From positions 11,311 to 75,310 of the forward strand of contig CAWFQN010000001.1 in the NCBI GenBank assembly GCA_963817925.1: a DNA stretch of 64,000 bases, written 5' to 3'. Of the stretch, positions 1-9,678 are shown in pieces. The stretch's first letter is position 1, and each line of letters begins with the position of its first letter. The translations under genes and the position numbers were made by a program. This stretch comes from an uncultured Acidobacteriota bacterium (GTDB lineage: Bacteria; Acidobacteriota; Terriglobia; Terriglobales; Acidobacteriaceae). Under the pieces are notes generated by a model that saw only the letters and a list, made by a program, of their open reading frames with translations, was not told the origin of the DNA and made no database searches.

Positions 1-1014
1 GAGAATTGGACTGAGCTCGGCCTCTCGCCCTTTGGTCATCGGTCGCAGCAGCATTCCGCCTGCGATTCCGAAAAACTGCCACCACAGTTGTCGCGCCTGC
101 TCAAGCCCCTCGGGACGGAAAGGCTCAACCCGAAATCCCGCTCGCTTGAGCGCCTCAGCCGCGGCTCGCACGGTCGCGCGTGTCTCAGCAGTGGCCGGAG
201 TACGTTCATCATCCTCGAAATAGCCGATGCGGAGTTTCTTCAGATCGCTACGGCTTGGCCAGCGCACGGGTACGGGCGCGGCGGAGGGATCGCCATCATC
301 CGGCCCCTGCATCACCTCGAACAGCACCTTCAAATCCGAAACCGTCCGCGCCATCGGCCCAACCACGCCGATCAAAGCGAATGGTCCGACTGAGGTTGGG
401 AAGTGTCCGGTTGCCGGGATGCGGCCCGGCGTCGGCTTCAGGCCGCAGATTCCGCTGAAGTGTGCAGGTACGCGGATCGAACCTCCGCCGTCGCTGCCTA
501 CTCCTCCTGCGGAACATCCGGCGGCTATCGCCGCGGCCTCTCCGCCGCTCGAACCGCCCGCAGTACGCGGGAGATCCCACGGATTATTGGTGCGACCGTA
601 GAGAAGATTATCCGTCTCCCATGCCATTAGTAGTTCGGGCGCGTTGGTGGTGCCCAGAATGATTGCACCTGCTTTGCGAAGGCGCGATACCAGCGGCGCA
701 TCCTTTGGGGCGACGAAGCCTGCACGTAGCTTGCTGCCCGCTTCGCACTTCATGTCCATTACTTCGATCGAACTCTTGATGCTGATCGGAACGCCATGAA
801 GTGGGCCGAGCTTTTCGCCACGTGTCACGGACTCTTCCGCCGCGCGGGCTTGGCGACGCGCACCTTCAGCATCCACCTGCACGAAGGCATTCAGCTTTGG
901 ATTCAGTTTCCCAATGCGGGCGAGATGCGCTTCTACCAATTCAACCGGCGAGAGCTTTTTCTGGCGGATTTGTTCAGCCATGGAAACGGCTGAACGGAAG
1001 CTAAGTTCGCTCAT
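1..1014 (-). CDS. amidase-signature family amidase (GatA-like); C-terminus lies beyond the window edge
   Basis: Not in the ORF track because there is no stop in the window. My reverse translation from ATG 1014..1012 gives MSELSFRSAVSMAEQIRQKKLSPVELVEAHL...TAGGSSGGEAAAIAAGCSAGGVGSDGGGSIRVPAHFSGICGLKPT and stays open to base 1. GGSSGG and GSDxGGSIRxP are the amidase signature. Confidence 0.85.
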   Translation of the reverse strand, partial: MSELSFRSAVSMAEQIRQKKLSPVELVEAHLARIGKLNPKLNAFVQVDAEGARRQARAAEESVTRGEKLGPLHGVPISIKSSIEVMDMKCEAGSKLRAGFVAPKDAPLVSRLRKAGAIILGTTNAPELLMAWETDNLLYGRTNNPWDLPRTAGGSSGGEAAAIAAGCSAGGVGSDGGGSIRVPAHFSGICGLKPTPGRIPATGHFPTSVGPFALIGVVGPMARTVSDLKVLFEVMQGPDDGDPSAAPVPVRWPSRSDLKKLRIGYFEDDERTPATAETRATVRAAAEALKRAGFRVEPFRPEGLEQARQLWWQFFGIAGGMLLRPMTKGREAELSPIL

Positions 1015-1103
1015 ACAGCGTTTTTTCGTGCGAGAGAAAACTGAGTCTAGCACGAGGGAATCGCGAGCTGTAGAGACGTAGCTAGCTAAGTCTCTACAGA
1101 AGA

Positions 1104-1841
1104 TCAGTGCGATGCGTGCGCTGAACGGCGCGCCCTTTGTGGGGGCAAAAGCACGCGTACGGCGTTTTTGGTTTTTGCGCCGCGCTTCGCCAGCCAATTC
1201 TTGAGATGGTGCCGTGACGCGGGAGTCAGACGGGAAAAGAACATCCCGGCGCGGCCATCGTCGTCGGCCCAGATTACCTTGCCGGTCGCTTCCACCAGAT
1301 GCGACGTTCCCGGCAATATAAAACGCAAAGGAACATTTTGTACCGGCGGCAGTGGTTCCGGAGCTTGCAACGCTAAACCTTGCTCGCTCAAATCAAGCAC
1401 GATCGCGGGTATAGCCGCCACTCCGAACTGAAGGTACACCAGGGTTTCCAACTGGTGGCGCGGCGCATGCCGCGGGTTCGGCTTCATGAATCCCTGTCCG
1501 GCGCGCAGCGAGCGTGCTACCTGTTCGTACGCTAATGGTTTGTACAGAACGAAATTTACTCCCGATTGGAACGCCCCGCCCACTGGAGTAAACGCACTGA
1601 CCATAGCAAACACCACCGGCCTTCGCTGCGCCGAGGCCATGCGTGCCATTCGCGCCACCTGTCCGGCGCCTGGCAGATCAAAATCCAGCATCAGCGCCGA
1701 GTGGTGCCCGTGCACCATTAGCTCGACCGCCTCGCCGGCCGATTGGCAGGTCTGGTGCTCGATTTGCAGCACATCCAGAAGCGCCTCCAATACCCGAAGC
1801 GAGGGGCGATCCTGCGATACCAGCAAGGCATTGAGTTTCAT
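1104..1841 (-). CDS. response-regulator receiver domain fused to a C-terminal PilZ domain
   Basis: 245-aa ORF. The N-terminal half is CheY-like (LLVSQD, ALMLDFDLPG, LYKPL). The C-terminal half carries PilZ motifs RHAPRHQ (RxxxR) and DLSEQGLAL (DxSxxG). Confidence 0.75.
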   Translation of the reverse strand: MKLNALLVSQDRPSLRVLEALLDVLQIEHQTCQSAGEAVELMVHGHHSALMLDFDLPGAGQVARMARMASAQRRPVVFAMVSAFTPVGGAFQSGVNFVLYKPLAYEQVARSLRAGQGFMKPNPRHAPRHQLETLVYLQFGVAAIPAIVLDLSEQGLALQAPEPLPPVQNVPLRFILPGTSHLVEATGKVIWADDDGRAGMFFSRLTPASRHHLKNWLAKRGAKTKNAVRVLLPPQRARRSAHASH

Positions 1842-2631
1842 AAACCGGAGCTTATGGCGCGCAGGTGGCTCAGTAAAGTGACAGCGGTAATAAATCGATT
1901 GTTACCGAGCCAAGCTTCATCCCGATTTGGAACTGCGGGGTTGCTGAGGGAGGCCTTGAAATCAGCAGGTTGGAAACTGGATGCCCTCGTTCTGAAGCGA
2001 CGGTCCGCGATCGCATTTCAAGTGAGTGTTGTAGAGGGTCTCAGCGGAATTGGCTCGCCTGACGGGCCTTCTCGAGACTGACTTGGAGGTTGCGTCCCGT
2101 CCCGTTTCGGGCCAAGTTTACTATCTGGTATCGGGTACCCCCCTCCCCCCTTTGCCCGCAAAATCTTGAAAACAAGCTATTTAAATTTCGACTATGTGCT
2201 AGATCTTTGAATTTTAAGGAGTTACACGCAAAATCTAGAGAACATGGGAGTTACGCGGATGGCGTGGAGGCTTGCGGTTCCAATTTGGGAACTCGTTTGT
2301 ACTCGGCCGCCTCACAAAGCCGGTCGCTTTCGCTGCTGCGTGAGTCGGATTGTCAAAGACCGGGTATTATCTTGTAGATAATATAATGCGATTCCAGGTT
2401 ATCTGTTTTGCAGCATGCAGTCAACAAGAAAGGGAACTAGCTCTGGCTTGAAGTCTTGCAGGAGCCCTTTTCGAAAGATGAGAATACGCCATCTATGCCA
2501 TGCGATTTGATTGTTGGTATAAGCGATGATAACGCGCATTGAGAGTTGGCCGACGCTCCTGGGTCAATGAGCGTTATTGCGATGGTACAACAGCAAGCTG
2601 TCTCATGGGATTTGTCAGTCACTCGATCGCC

Positions 2632-3561
2632 CTACGCCTCCGCCGCTGGCCGCAGTTTGTGCCACCCGGTGAACGCAAGATGGAAAAGCAGGTTCGTGGG
2701 CACCATCAGCGACAGATAGACAATCGGGATCATGTAGACGTTGGTGCCCGGAAAGCAGTAACGCGCCACATACAGCACGACAATCACGCTGCGCATGCCG
2801 GTCGAGGTCGCCAACACCCGGCGTGACTCGGGGTCTGGTCCGCCGATCAGCCAGCCGATCAACATGGATAGAAGCAGCAACAAGAGCATCGCCAGGATGG
2901 TCCCGCGTCCGCGGATTGCATTAAAGGCTTCACGGCGCACCAGGCGCGTCTCCCACATAGTAAAGATGAAGACAATCGAGGCCAGAAGGCCCATTGGCAA
3001 TACTAGCCTATGAGCAATTTTCGGCGCGTGTCGCGCCGCCCATAAACCAGCGCACAATGGCAGCGCGATGTACAGGACGATGCTTGCGATCAGGAGGAGG
3101 ATCGGCCGCTGATTGCGCTGCGCAGCTTGCGGCATCAACTCGACGGCCAGAGGGGTCATCGCGATGCTTACCAGCGAGAGCACGAAAGTCATGGCGGCGG
3201 CGAAAGGCAGTCGCGTCTTCGCCTGGCGCGTGAACTGCAATGCGATCGGCGTTCCCGGTATTGCGGCCAGAAGCAGGATGCCTACACTGGCGTCAGGTGT
3301 TAACGGGAAGATGCGAACCAGCAGGAAGCCTATGGCCGGTATGAGGACGCAATTCGCCAGTAGGGTACGGACAAAGAGGGCGCGCTTGCGTACGATATCA
3401 AGCAGTTCTCCGCCGCTGACCCGCAGCCCGATGGAGAACATGACGATGACAACGAACAGGTTCAGCAAAAGCACGGGCCGAATCAGCAAGATTTCCTCCG
3501 CTAAAATCCAGTCGCGCAGCACGCCGATGAACCACAGGAAGGTAATCCTTGCGAACGACAA
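2632..3561 (-). CDS. polytopic membrane transporter, bile acid:Na+ symporter (BASS/SBF)-like
   Basis: 309-aa ORF with about 9-10 hydrophobic segments. The MFSIGLRVSGGEL and LLLAAIPGTPIAL motifs resemble the SBF family. The family call is by recollection only. Confidence 0.55.
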   Translation of the reverse strand: MSFARITFLWFIGVLRDWILAEEILLIRPVLLLNLFVVIVMFSIGLRVSGGELLDIVRKRALFVRTLLANCVLIPAIGFLLVRIFPLTPDASVGILLLAAIPGTPIALQFTRQAKTRLPFAAAMTFVLSLVSIAMTPLAVELMPQAAQRNQRPILLLIASIVLYIALPLCAGLWAARHAPKIAHRLVLPMGLLASIVFIFTMWETRLVRREAFNAIRGRGTILAMLLLLLLSMLIGWLIGGPDPESRRVLATSTGMRSVIVVLYVARYCFPGTNVYMIPIVYLSLMVPTNLLFHLAFTGWHKLRPAAEA

Positions 3562-3624
3562 CCGGTTCGGGGCGGATCGCGATTCCGCTCTCCGCTTCCA
3601 TCGCCTGGGTTATGCGCGAGCGAA

Positions 3625-5064
3625 TCACCTGGCTTTTTCGATGACCGCCTCGACCTTTCCGTCGCGGATCGCACGTTTCAGCGCGGCGTGGTCCTTTTCG
3701 TTCTGGTCGGCATACGCGATCGAGAAGGCGGCGATCGCTTTGTCGAAAGAGTCGCTCTTGCCCAGATAACCGCTGATCATCGCGGCGTCCCCGGAGCGCG
3801 CGTGGGAGAGCGCCAGCGAGTGGCCGCAAAACTGACCGAAGAGGATCATCCTGGCCGTCTCGAAGGTCTCGACGGCAAACTTGATCTTAACGTCGCGGAG
3901 CTGGCGGATATAAAAGTGGCGCCCTCGCCGACCTTCGGTCCAGCCGAGGAAGATGTCGCTCGCCGGCTGCATAAGCCGGTGGCCGTTCACGACACGCTGT
4001 CCGTGGTTCGGGTAGATGCTCTTTCCCGCAACGGCCTCGAGAACCGAGGCGCGCGCCTCTTTGACCTGCAGAATGAGAGGATCTCCTTCGCCGGCAATAA
4101 GGAGCATCATCCAGCAGGCGGTGCCGACGCTCCCCACGCCAACGACCTTGACTGCGGCGTCCTTGAGTTCGTAGCGGTCGAGCAACATGCGGTGGTTCGG
4201 CGCGAGGGTTTCGCGATATTGGGCGAAGCCGTCCTTGACCTCCGGATGGATCTCCCCAGCGGTGTGACCTTTCCAGTGGAAAATCGCCGGGAGTTGGTCT
4301 TTGATGACCTGCGAGCCACCCGAATCATCGACGAGCTTCGGGAAGATGCCTTCCGAAGTGCTGCTTTCACGCGCCTGCGCCAACCTCTTGATCGCGGTGC
4401 GGCGGATTCCGGAATCCTTGACGCTCGCGATCAGCATCTCGGCCTCGACGGCGAAGTACCACAGGTCCAGCACCTTCATTTCGGCGAACTCGGCCATGTG
4501 CTCGCGGTAGGACCTAACGCAGGTGAGGACCGCATCCTTGGCGACGGATTCGCTGAGGCCGTTGTCGCGACAGGCGATCACGAAGCTCGCCGCCAGACGC
4601 TTGAGGTCCCACTCCCAGGGCGCCGGAAGGGTCTCATCGAGATCGTTAATGGCGAAGATGACTTGCCTCTCTGGGGTGGCGAGGCCGCGGAAGTTGACCA
4701 GGTGGGAGTCTCCGCCACATTGCACGCGGATGCCGGTAGACGGAACGCCCGCGAGATCCACCGCCATAGCGAGCGCCGAGCCCCGGTAGAAGGTGAAAGG
4801 GGACGCCACCATGCGCCCGTGGCGAAGGGCTAGGAGATCGGGGAGACGCCCTTCGTCGGCCTTCAGCACAAGTCGGACCGGGTCCGGCCGGTCGTGCGGC
4901 GGCTTCCACTCGGCGTGCGAGGCTCGTGGACACTTTTCCCGCAACGCTTTGCCCATTGCCCTGCGCTCGGCTCGCGAGCGGTGTGCCACGAAGGCCGGGA
5001 GCTTGTTGTTGCCGGATTGGTGGGACTTCGGTTTCTCAACCTTAAGTGGCTGATTCATCCTCAC
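3625..5064 (-). CDS. DUF2252 domain-containing protein
   Basis: 479-aa ORF. RHGRMVASPFTFYRGSALAMAVDLA, VQCGGDSHLVNFRG and FAINDLDETLPAPWEWDLKRLAAS are typical of DUF2252 proteins. Confidence 0.8.
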   Translation of the reverse strand: MRMNQPLKVEKPKSHQSGNNKLPAFVAHRSRAERRAMGKALREKCPRASHAEWKPPHDRPDPVRLVLKADEGRLPDLLALRHGRMVASPFTFYRGSALAMAVDLAGVPSTGIRVQCGGDSHLVNFRGLATPERQVIFAINDLDETLPAPWEWDLKRLAASFVIACRDNGLSESVAKDAVLTCVRSYREHMAEFAEMKVLDLWYFAVEAEMLIASVKDSGIRRTAIKRLAQARESSTSEGIFPKLVDDSGGSQVIKDQLPAIFHWKGHTAGEIHPEVKDGFAQYRETLAPNHRMLLDRYELKDAAVKVVGVGSVGTACWMMLLIAGEGDPLILQVKEARASVLEAVAGKSIYPNHGQRVVNGHRLMQPASDIFLGWTEGRRGRHFYIRQLRDVKIKFAVETFETARMILFGQFCGHSLALSHARSGDAAMISGYLGKSDSFDKAIAAFSIAYADQNEKDHAALKRAIRDGKVEAVIEKAR

Positions 5065-5305
5065 CCTACCTCCTGGAAGCGGCAGGGTTTTGGCCCCTTT
5101 TCGCTTTTTCGACGACTTTAGTTAATCCAACAGCTAGTCCAGCTTGCACATTTCTGAGTGCAGCTGAAGCATAGACTTGTGCGGATGATCTCGTCAAAGA
5201 TGATAATGACCATCGTGGTCGTGAGAGAGTATGGCGCAAGCCGAGTCAAGCAAGTAATTTTTCCGGTGTTCGTGGCCTTTACAATCCCCGTGGGGTCATG
5301 GCGCC

Positions 5306-5656
5306 GTGGATATCTTTGACAGGGCCGGCAATCTGGTCAAGAATCTGACGTCGGCGAGCGGACTCAAAGCCCCGTGGGGATTAGCGATTGCGCCCGCGCA
5401 ATTCGGCCCCGTCAGCGAAGCTTTGTTGGTGGGGAACTTGAACGCTGGCCGCTTTAACGATTTTAACGCGACGACCGGCGCCTTTATCGGGTCTCTCACC
5501 ACGCCACAGGGAAAAATAATCAGCGAAAGCGGACTGTGGGGGATTGCTTTCGGAGGTGGGACTTCGGAAAACGGTAAGACCAACCAGCTCTTCTTCGCGT
5601 CTGTCCCTAATAACGAAAAGGCGGGGCTGTCTGGTGCGATTGTATGCAAGAAATGA
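5306..5656 (+). pseudogene. C-terminal remnant of a TIGR03118-family beta-propeller protein
   Basis: Only 116 aa (APWGLAIAPAQFG..LLVGNLNAGRFNDFN..GLWGIAFGGG..NQLFFAS), matching the last blades of roughly 350-aa TIGR03118 proteins. An in-frame stop lies 16 codons upstream, and only 240 nt separate it from the neighbouring gene. Confidence 0.55.
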
Positions 5657-5696
5657 ATCGTGGGTTTTCGCTCCAAACTACCGCTGCTTCTCGCAG

Positions 5697-6317
5697 CTAT
5701 GATTGTTCGGCGTAGAGGCAGGCATCAGAATATGCTCGCGCGATGCGGGCAGGTTTCTCTGATTGTAAATAAGGCTTAAGAGCCCGCCTGAGGTTGTTGG
5801 CGGCACTCCGAAGTTGCTCCGAGGCGGACGCAAAGTCGATCGTGGCCTGGAGTTTTCTTTCGCTTCCGGTTCTTGCGGCACCGGCTGCCAACGCCCTCGC
5901 GCTCAAGGCGGCATTAACCGCACATCCGTCAATGGAGTCCAATAGACCCTCGAATTCGGACGGAACAACGGCTCTCTCCAAGTCGACCTTTCCTCTCAAC
6001 CAATCAACTGTGTTTCTGCTTGCCAGCACGACTTGCAAGTCTTCTCGGACGGTCGGACTGATCTCCGGCAAACCTCTGACGGACGCGAGAGCGGTCTGGT
6101 AGTGCTTGAGTGCGGCCCTAGTTTCGTCCATAGCGATTTGGATGGAAGCGTTGCCTTTCGCTGGTGTTTTGTCGGTTGTCTGAGCGAACATCAGGCTGGT
6201 GACCCACGCGAGTGCGAGTAACCCGATAACGCGTATTCTGCCGGGCTGGGAATCGCGTTTGATAAAAGCCTCCGACCAGGCAACACCATTCTGCTCTCTC
6301 GTGTGATCGAGGGTCAA
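5697..6317 (-). CDS. hypothetical membrane-anchored/secreted protein
   Basis: 206-aa ORF with one N-terminal hydrophobic segment (RVIGLLALAWVTSLMFAQT) followed by an Ala/Leu-rich helical region. No family recognised. Confidence 0.45.
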   Translation of the reverse strand: MTLDHTREQNGVAWSEAFIKRDSQPGRIRVIGLLALAWVTSLMFAQTTDKTPAKGNASIQIAMDETRAALKHYQTALASVRGLPEISPTVREDLQVVLASRNTVDWLRGKVDLERAVVPSEFEGLLDSIDGCAVNAALSARALAAGAARTGSERKLQATIDFASASEQLRSAANNLRRALKPYLQSEKPARIARAYSDACLYAEQS

Positions 6318-6604
6318 TTGAACATTTTTCCGCCTCCGCAGCCAGGCATCCTCTTCCGGCCAAGCTTCAACTTGACGGAGAAAATGTCAGCGCATGAGTT
6401 TGCGGCTGGATTACTGCTATTTCAGCCATGGAGTAATTTACCAATCCATGCTGAAGAAAAATGCCGACTCTGCCGAGGCAACGCAACAAAACGGCTTCCT
6501 CACTGTAACGTTTGGGCGTTGAAACGCACTACCAAATGGGCGGTGGCGCGCGTATCGGCTCCGTCCAATAGCTGGACAATAGTCCGACACCCAGGGGAGG
6601 TAAC

Positions 6605-6994
6605 ATGTTTGCCCGCAAGGTAGCTGCTCGACTGAAACCGAACTCAATTAACGAATTTACGGATCTTATCGAATGCCATATTCTCCCCTGGCTACGAGAG
6701 CAAGAAGGTTTTCTGGATTTGATCACTCTGGTCACGCCTGACGGCTTGGAGGTCGCGACTATCAGCTTCTGGGATCACCAATGCAATGCACAGGCTTACG
6801 ACGCAAGCGGTTATCCGCAGGTGTTGAAGATTCTGGAAAAGCTCCTGGACGCGGCACCTTACGTCAAGTTTTTCGAGGTTGTGGGCTCGACGTTTCAACT
6901 GGGCGCGCTTGCGCGGCGGCCCGAAGCTGGAAATCTGGTCCCAGAGACTGGATCGCCACAAATTGGGTATCACTCCCAGGAAACCGGCGTGTGA
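6605..6994 (+). CDS. small ABM/dimeric alpha-beta-barrel-like protein
   Basis: 129-aa ORF. The N-terminal 100 aa (KPNSINEFTDLIECHILPWLREQEGFLDL..ISFWDHQCNAQAY) have the pattern of antibiotic-biosynthesis-monooxygenase-like proteins. Confidence 0.4.
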   Translation: MFARKVAARLKPNSINEFTDLIECHILPWLREQEGFLDLITLVTPDGLEVATISFWDHQCNAQAYDASGYPQVLKILEKLLDAAPYVKFFEVVGSTFQLGALARRPEAGNLVPETGSPQIGYHSQETGV

Positions 6995-7108
6995 CGGGAC
7001 TGGCGTGAGATGGTACATGGCCGATTTCTTGCAAAGCAGGAGAAAAGCACCGGGTCTTTCGTAATCTCCCGCCGGAAGCGGTCGGAATGAAATAGTCGAG
7101 CGTAGCGT

Positions 7109-7531
7109 ATGGTCAAAGCTTCCTCGGTAAACGCCACGCCTCGGGCGCCGCGGGTGAAACTCGCAGGCACTGTCCTGTCGCTGGTCCGTTTAGAAAACGG
7201 GCGGCAAACTCGAGGAAGACTGCACCAGCTCTCGATCACGGGCGGACTGCTGCATCTGGAGACGCCTCTGGATGAGGGGATCAAGGTCGAAGTGATCTTC
7301 CACGTGGGCGAAAGCACCGTGCGCAGCAAGGCACGCATGCTGTTTCCGATGTGGGCGACACAAGGCTATCTTCAGCCCTTCGAATTCGACGGCTTGGACG
7401 ACGAGGACCGGTGCAATTTGCAAGTCGATTTGCAACGACTGCTGGATTGCTCGGCCGCAGCGATTGTCTCCACTCCAGCGGAGAATACCGAACTCCCCAC
7501 GGATGCGAATCAGTGGTTGAAGTCCACCTGA
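7109..7531 (+). CDS. PilZ domain protein
   Basis: 140-aa ORF with PRAPRVKL (RxxxR) and QLSITGGLLHL (xxSxxG) about 30 aa apart, followed by a beta-rich segment. Confidence 0.6.
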   Translation: MVKASSVNATPRAPRVKLAGTVLSLVRLENGRQTRGRLHQLSITGGLLHLETPLDEGIKVEVIFHVGESTVRSKARMLFPMWATQGYLQPFEFDGLDDEDRCNLQVDLQRLLDCSAAAIVSTPAENTELPTDANQWLKST

Positions 7532-7571
7532 GCGTTCCTCCGCTAAAATAGATCAAACAGATGGAGGAACC

Positions 7572-7949
7572 ATGGCTCATCAGCATTCCCCTCGTTTTCT
7601 GAAGATCGTTGAAGATACCCGGAAGCGCATTCGGGAAGTAACCATCGATGAGGTCAAAGCGAAGCTCGACCGGAAGGAGAAGTTTCTGCTGATCGATGTG
7701 CGCGAAGAAAGTGAGTACGCGGCCGATCATTTACCGGGCGCGGTGCACCTGGGCAAAGGAATCATCGAGCGCGATGTCGAGGCTCGTGTGCCTGATCAAA
7801 ACACACCCATGGTGCTCTATTGTGGCGGTGGTTTTCGCTCTGCCCTCGCCGCCGACAACCTGCAAAAAATGGGCTATACCCAAGTGCTCTCAATGGACGG
7901 AGGCATTCGGGGCTGGCGTGAAAAAGGTTTCGCTCTGACCAAGGGTTGA
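7572..7949 (+). CDS. rhodanese-like sulfurtransferase domain protein
   Basis: 125-aa ORF with a GGAGG RBS. Has LLIDVREESEY and the active-site loop YCGGGFRSA. Confidence 0.85.
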   Translation: MAHQHSPRFLKIVEDTRKRIREVTIDEVKAKLDRKEKFLLIDVREESEYAADHLPGAVHLGKGIIERDVEARVPDQNTPMVLYCGGGFRSALAADNLQKMGYTQVLSMDGGIRGWREKGFALTKG

Positions 7950-8074
7950 GCGCAGTGCTGCCGGAAACATTTCGCCTGGCTGAAAGTACTTCCGTAACTT
8001 GATGGAGCCACTGCGATACGTCACCATGGTTACGCTTGACGCACAGGGCGATGCGACATTAGTCCTAAGGCGAT

Positions 8075-8635
8075 ATGCAGAGCAAATCAAATTCCGAAAA
8101 AGGCGGTACAGCCGCAGCTCCGGCGCGGGCTTCGAATGCCTCAGTGGAGCATGTGCTGAGCCAGGTTACGACGCCACAGCAATTCTGTGCGGCGCTGGCC
8201 AAGCTTTTCGGAGTGAGGCCTACCGAAGTTGCGCTGATGCGCCTGGAGAAGGGCCTGCTGAATTTCGTCTACCCGGAACAACTGAAAACCGCAGGATCGA
8301 TTCCGGTTTCCAGTTCTTCCGCAGTCGCTGCCCACACGGCGTCCACCAGGAAAACAGAGCTTTTTAATGCGTTTGTGAAAGTGAAACACGCCAGCATTTT
8401 TGAGAGCGTAAAGCTGAACAGTACATCCGAGGATGAAGACCGATCGGGCCAAAACGCCATTCAAAAGCTGATGTCCGCGCCAATTCTTGATCCTAACCGC
8501 AAGGTTCTGGGCGTGGTGCAAGTTTGCCGTAAGGGATTCGACACGGCAACTGCAGGACCGGATTTTTCACAAGAAGACCTGCAGCAGTTGGAGCTCTCCG
8601 CGAAAGTCTTATCCGCGATGCCTTTTATAAAGTAG
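8075..8635 (+). CDS. GAF-domain-like protein
   Basis: 186-aa ORF. LMSAPILDPNRKVLGVVQVCRKG is a typical GAF C-terminal strand pattern. Weak call. Confidence 0.45.
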   Translation: MQSKSNSEKGGTAAAPARASNASVEHVLSQVTTPQQFCAALAKLFGVRPTEVALMRLEKGLLNFVYPEQLKTAGSIPVSSSSAVAAHTASTRKTELFNAFVKVKHASIFESVKLNSTSEDEDRSGQNAIQKLMSAPILDPNRKVLGVVQVCRKGFDTATAGPDFSQEDLQQLELSAKVLSAMPFIK

Positions 8636-8704
8636 AAAGTCCTGCAAGGTCCGCCTACACGGTTATCCTCAGTCGTTCGACTCACTGCCCCTTCGCCGCA
8701 GCCG

Positions 8705-9478
8705 TCATCGCAATCTTCTGCCTCGGCCCGCGGACGCCTGTTGCATGGCTCGATCGAGAGTAAGTTTCTCCGTATCTGTTAGAGGTCGGGAAGCACCTTT
8801 CGGGAGATCGCCGAGCACAACCGGCCCGATGGAGACACGGAGCAGGCGCAGCACGTTCATCCCAAGCTGCGACAGCATCCGGCGAATGTGGCGATTCTTG
8901 CCTTCATCGAGCACAATCTCGAGCCAGGTATTTTTTGCCCCACCACGCAGAATTTGCACACCCTTTGCGCGCAGTAAACTGCCATCGTCGATTCTGACTC
9001 CTTTTGTGATGGATTCGATCAGCGCGGCGCTCGCGACCGCGCCAATTTGTACGTGATAGGTCTTGTCGAGGTGCGTCTCCGGCGCGAGCACACGAGCGGC
9101 CCACACGGAATCGTTGGTTAGAAGCAGCAGTCCTTCGCTAGCTTTATCCAAACGTCCCACGGGTGCAACCCACGGTAAGTGCTCGTCCAGGCACGCGTAC
9201 ACGGTCTGGCGTCCCTTTTCGTCGGAAGCCGTCGTCACCACACCACGAGGCTTATTGAGCATCAGGTAAAGCTTGGCCTGGGCTGCGAGTTCCTCGCCGT
9301 CCACTTCGATCCGATTGCGGTCCGAGTGGACGGGAGCTTCCGGATCACGACAGATTCGGTCGTTCAAGCTCACCCGCCCCGCACGGATGAGATCAAACGC
9401 TTTCGACCGCGAGCAATAACCGCGCTTGGAAAGCGCACGGGCCAGACCGATTCGCGGGGATGATTCCGTGGGGGTCAC
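8705..9478 (-). CDS. pseudouridine synthase, RsuA/RluB family, with N-terminal S4 domain
   Basis: 257-aa ORF with an S4 motif (RIGLARALSKRGYCSRSKAFDLIRAGRVSLN) and the catalytic motif PVGRLDKASEGLLLLTND. Confidence 0.9.
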   Translation of the reverse strand: MTPTESSPRIGLARALSKRGYCSRSKAFDLIRAGRVSLNDRICRDPEAPVHSDRNRIEVDGEELAAQAKLYLMLNKPRGVVTTASDEKGRQTVYACLDEHLPWVAPVGRLDKASEGLLLLTNDSVWAARVLAPETHLDKTYHVQIGAVASAALIESITKGVRIDDGSLLRAKGVQILRGGAKNTWLEIVLDEGKNRHIRRMLSQLGMNVLRLLRVSIGPVVLGDLPKGASRPLTDTEKLTLDRAMQQASAGRGRRLR

Positions 9479-9678
9479 GACTTCATGCTAAACCACGTTC
9501 CACTCGCAACCCCGAGCCGAAAGAATCCACTATTACAGAACCCTCATGTTTTGTGCCCGGGATTTTCTTCTCACGACGGTGACTAACTTCGGGCTCTATG
9601 CAGGATCGCGCGTCATCTGATAAAGTCTTCGGTTTGTCCTGCAGTTCTAAAGTTGCATTTCTCTTGTGAGGAATTTCC

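Noticed and set aside
2090-2377. 95-aa ORF in the long spacer (and 1743..2081)
   Set aside because: It has no RBS, odd composition and no motif. 1743..2081 overlaps the REC-PilZ gene. I treated the region as non-coding.
3688-4833. 381-aa plus-strand ORF
   Set aside because: It lies entirely antisense to the well-supported DUF2252 gene. It is Arg/Ala/Gly-rich with no motifs, a typical high-GC shadow ORF.
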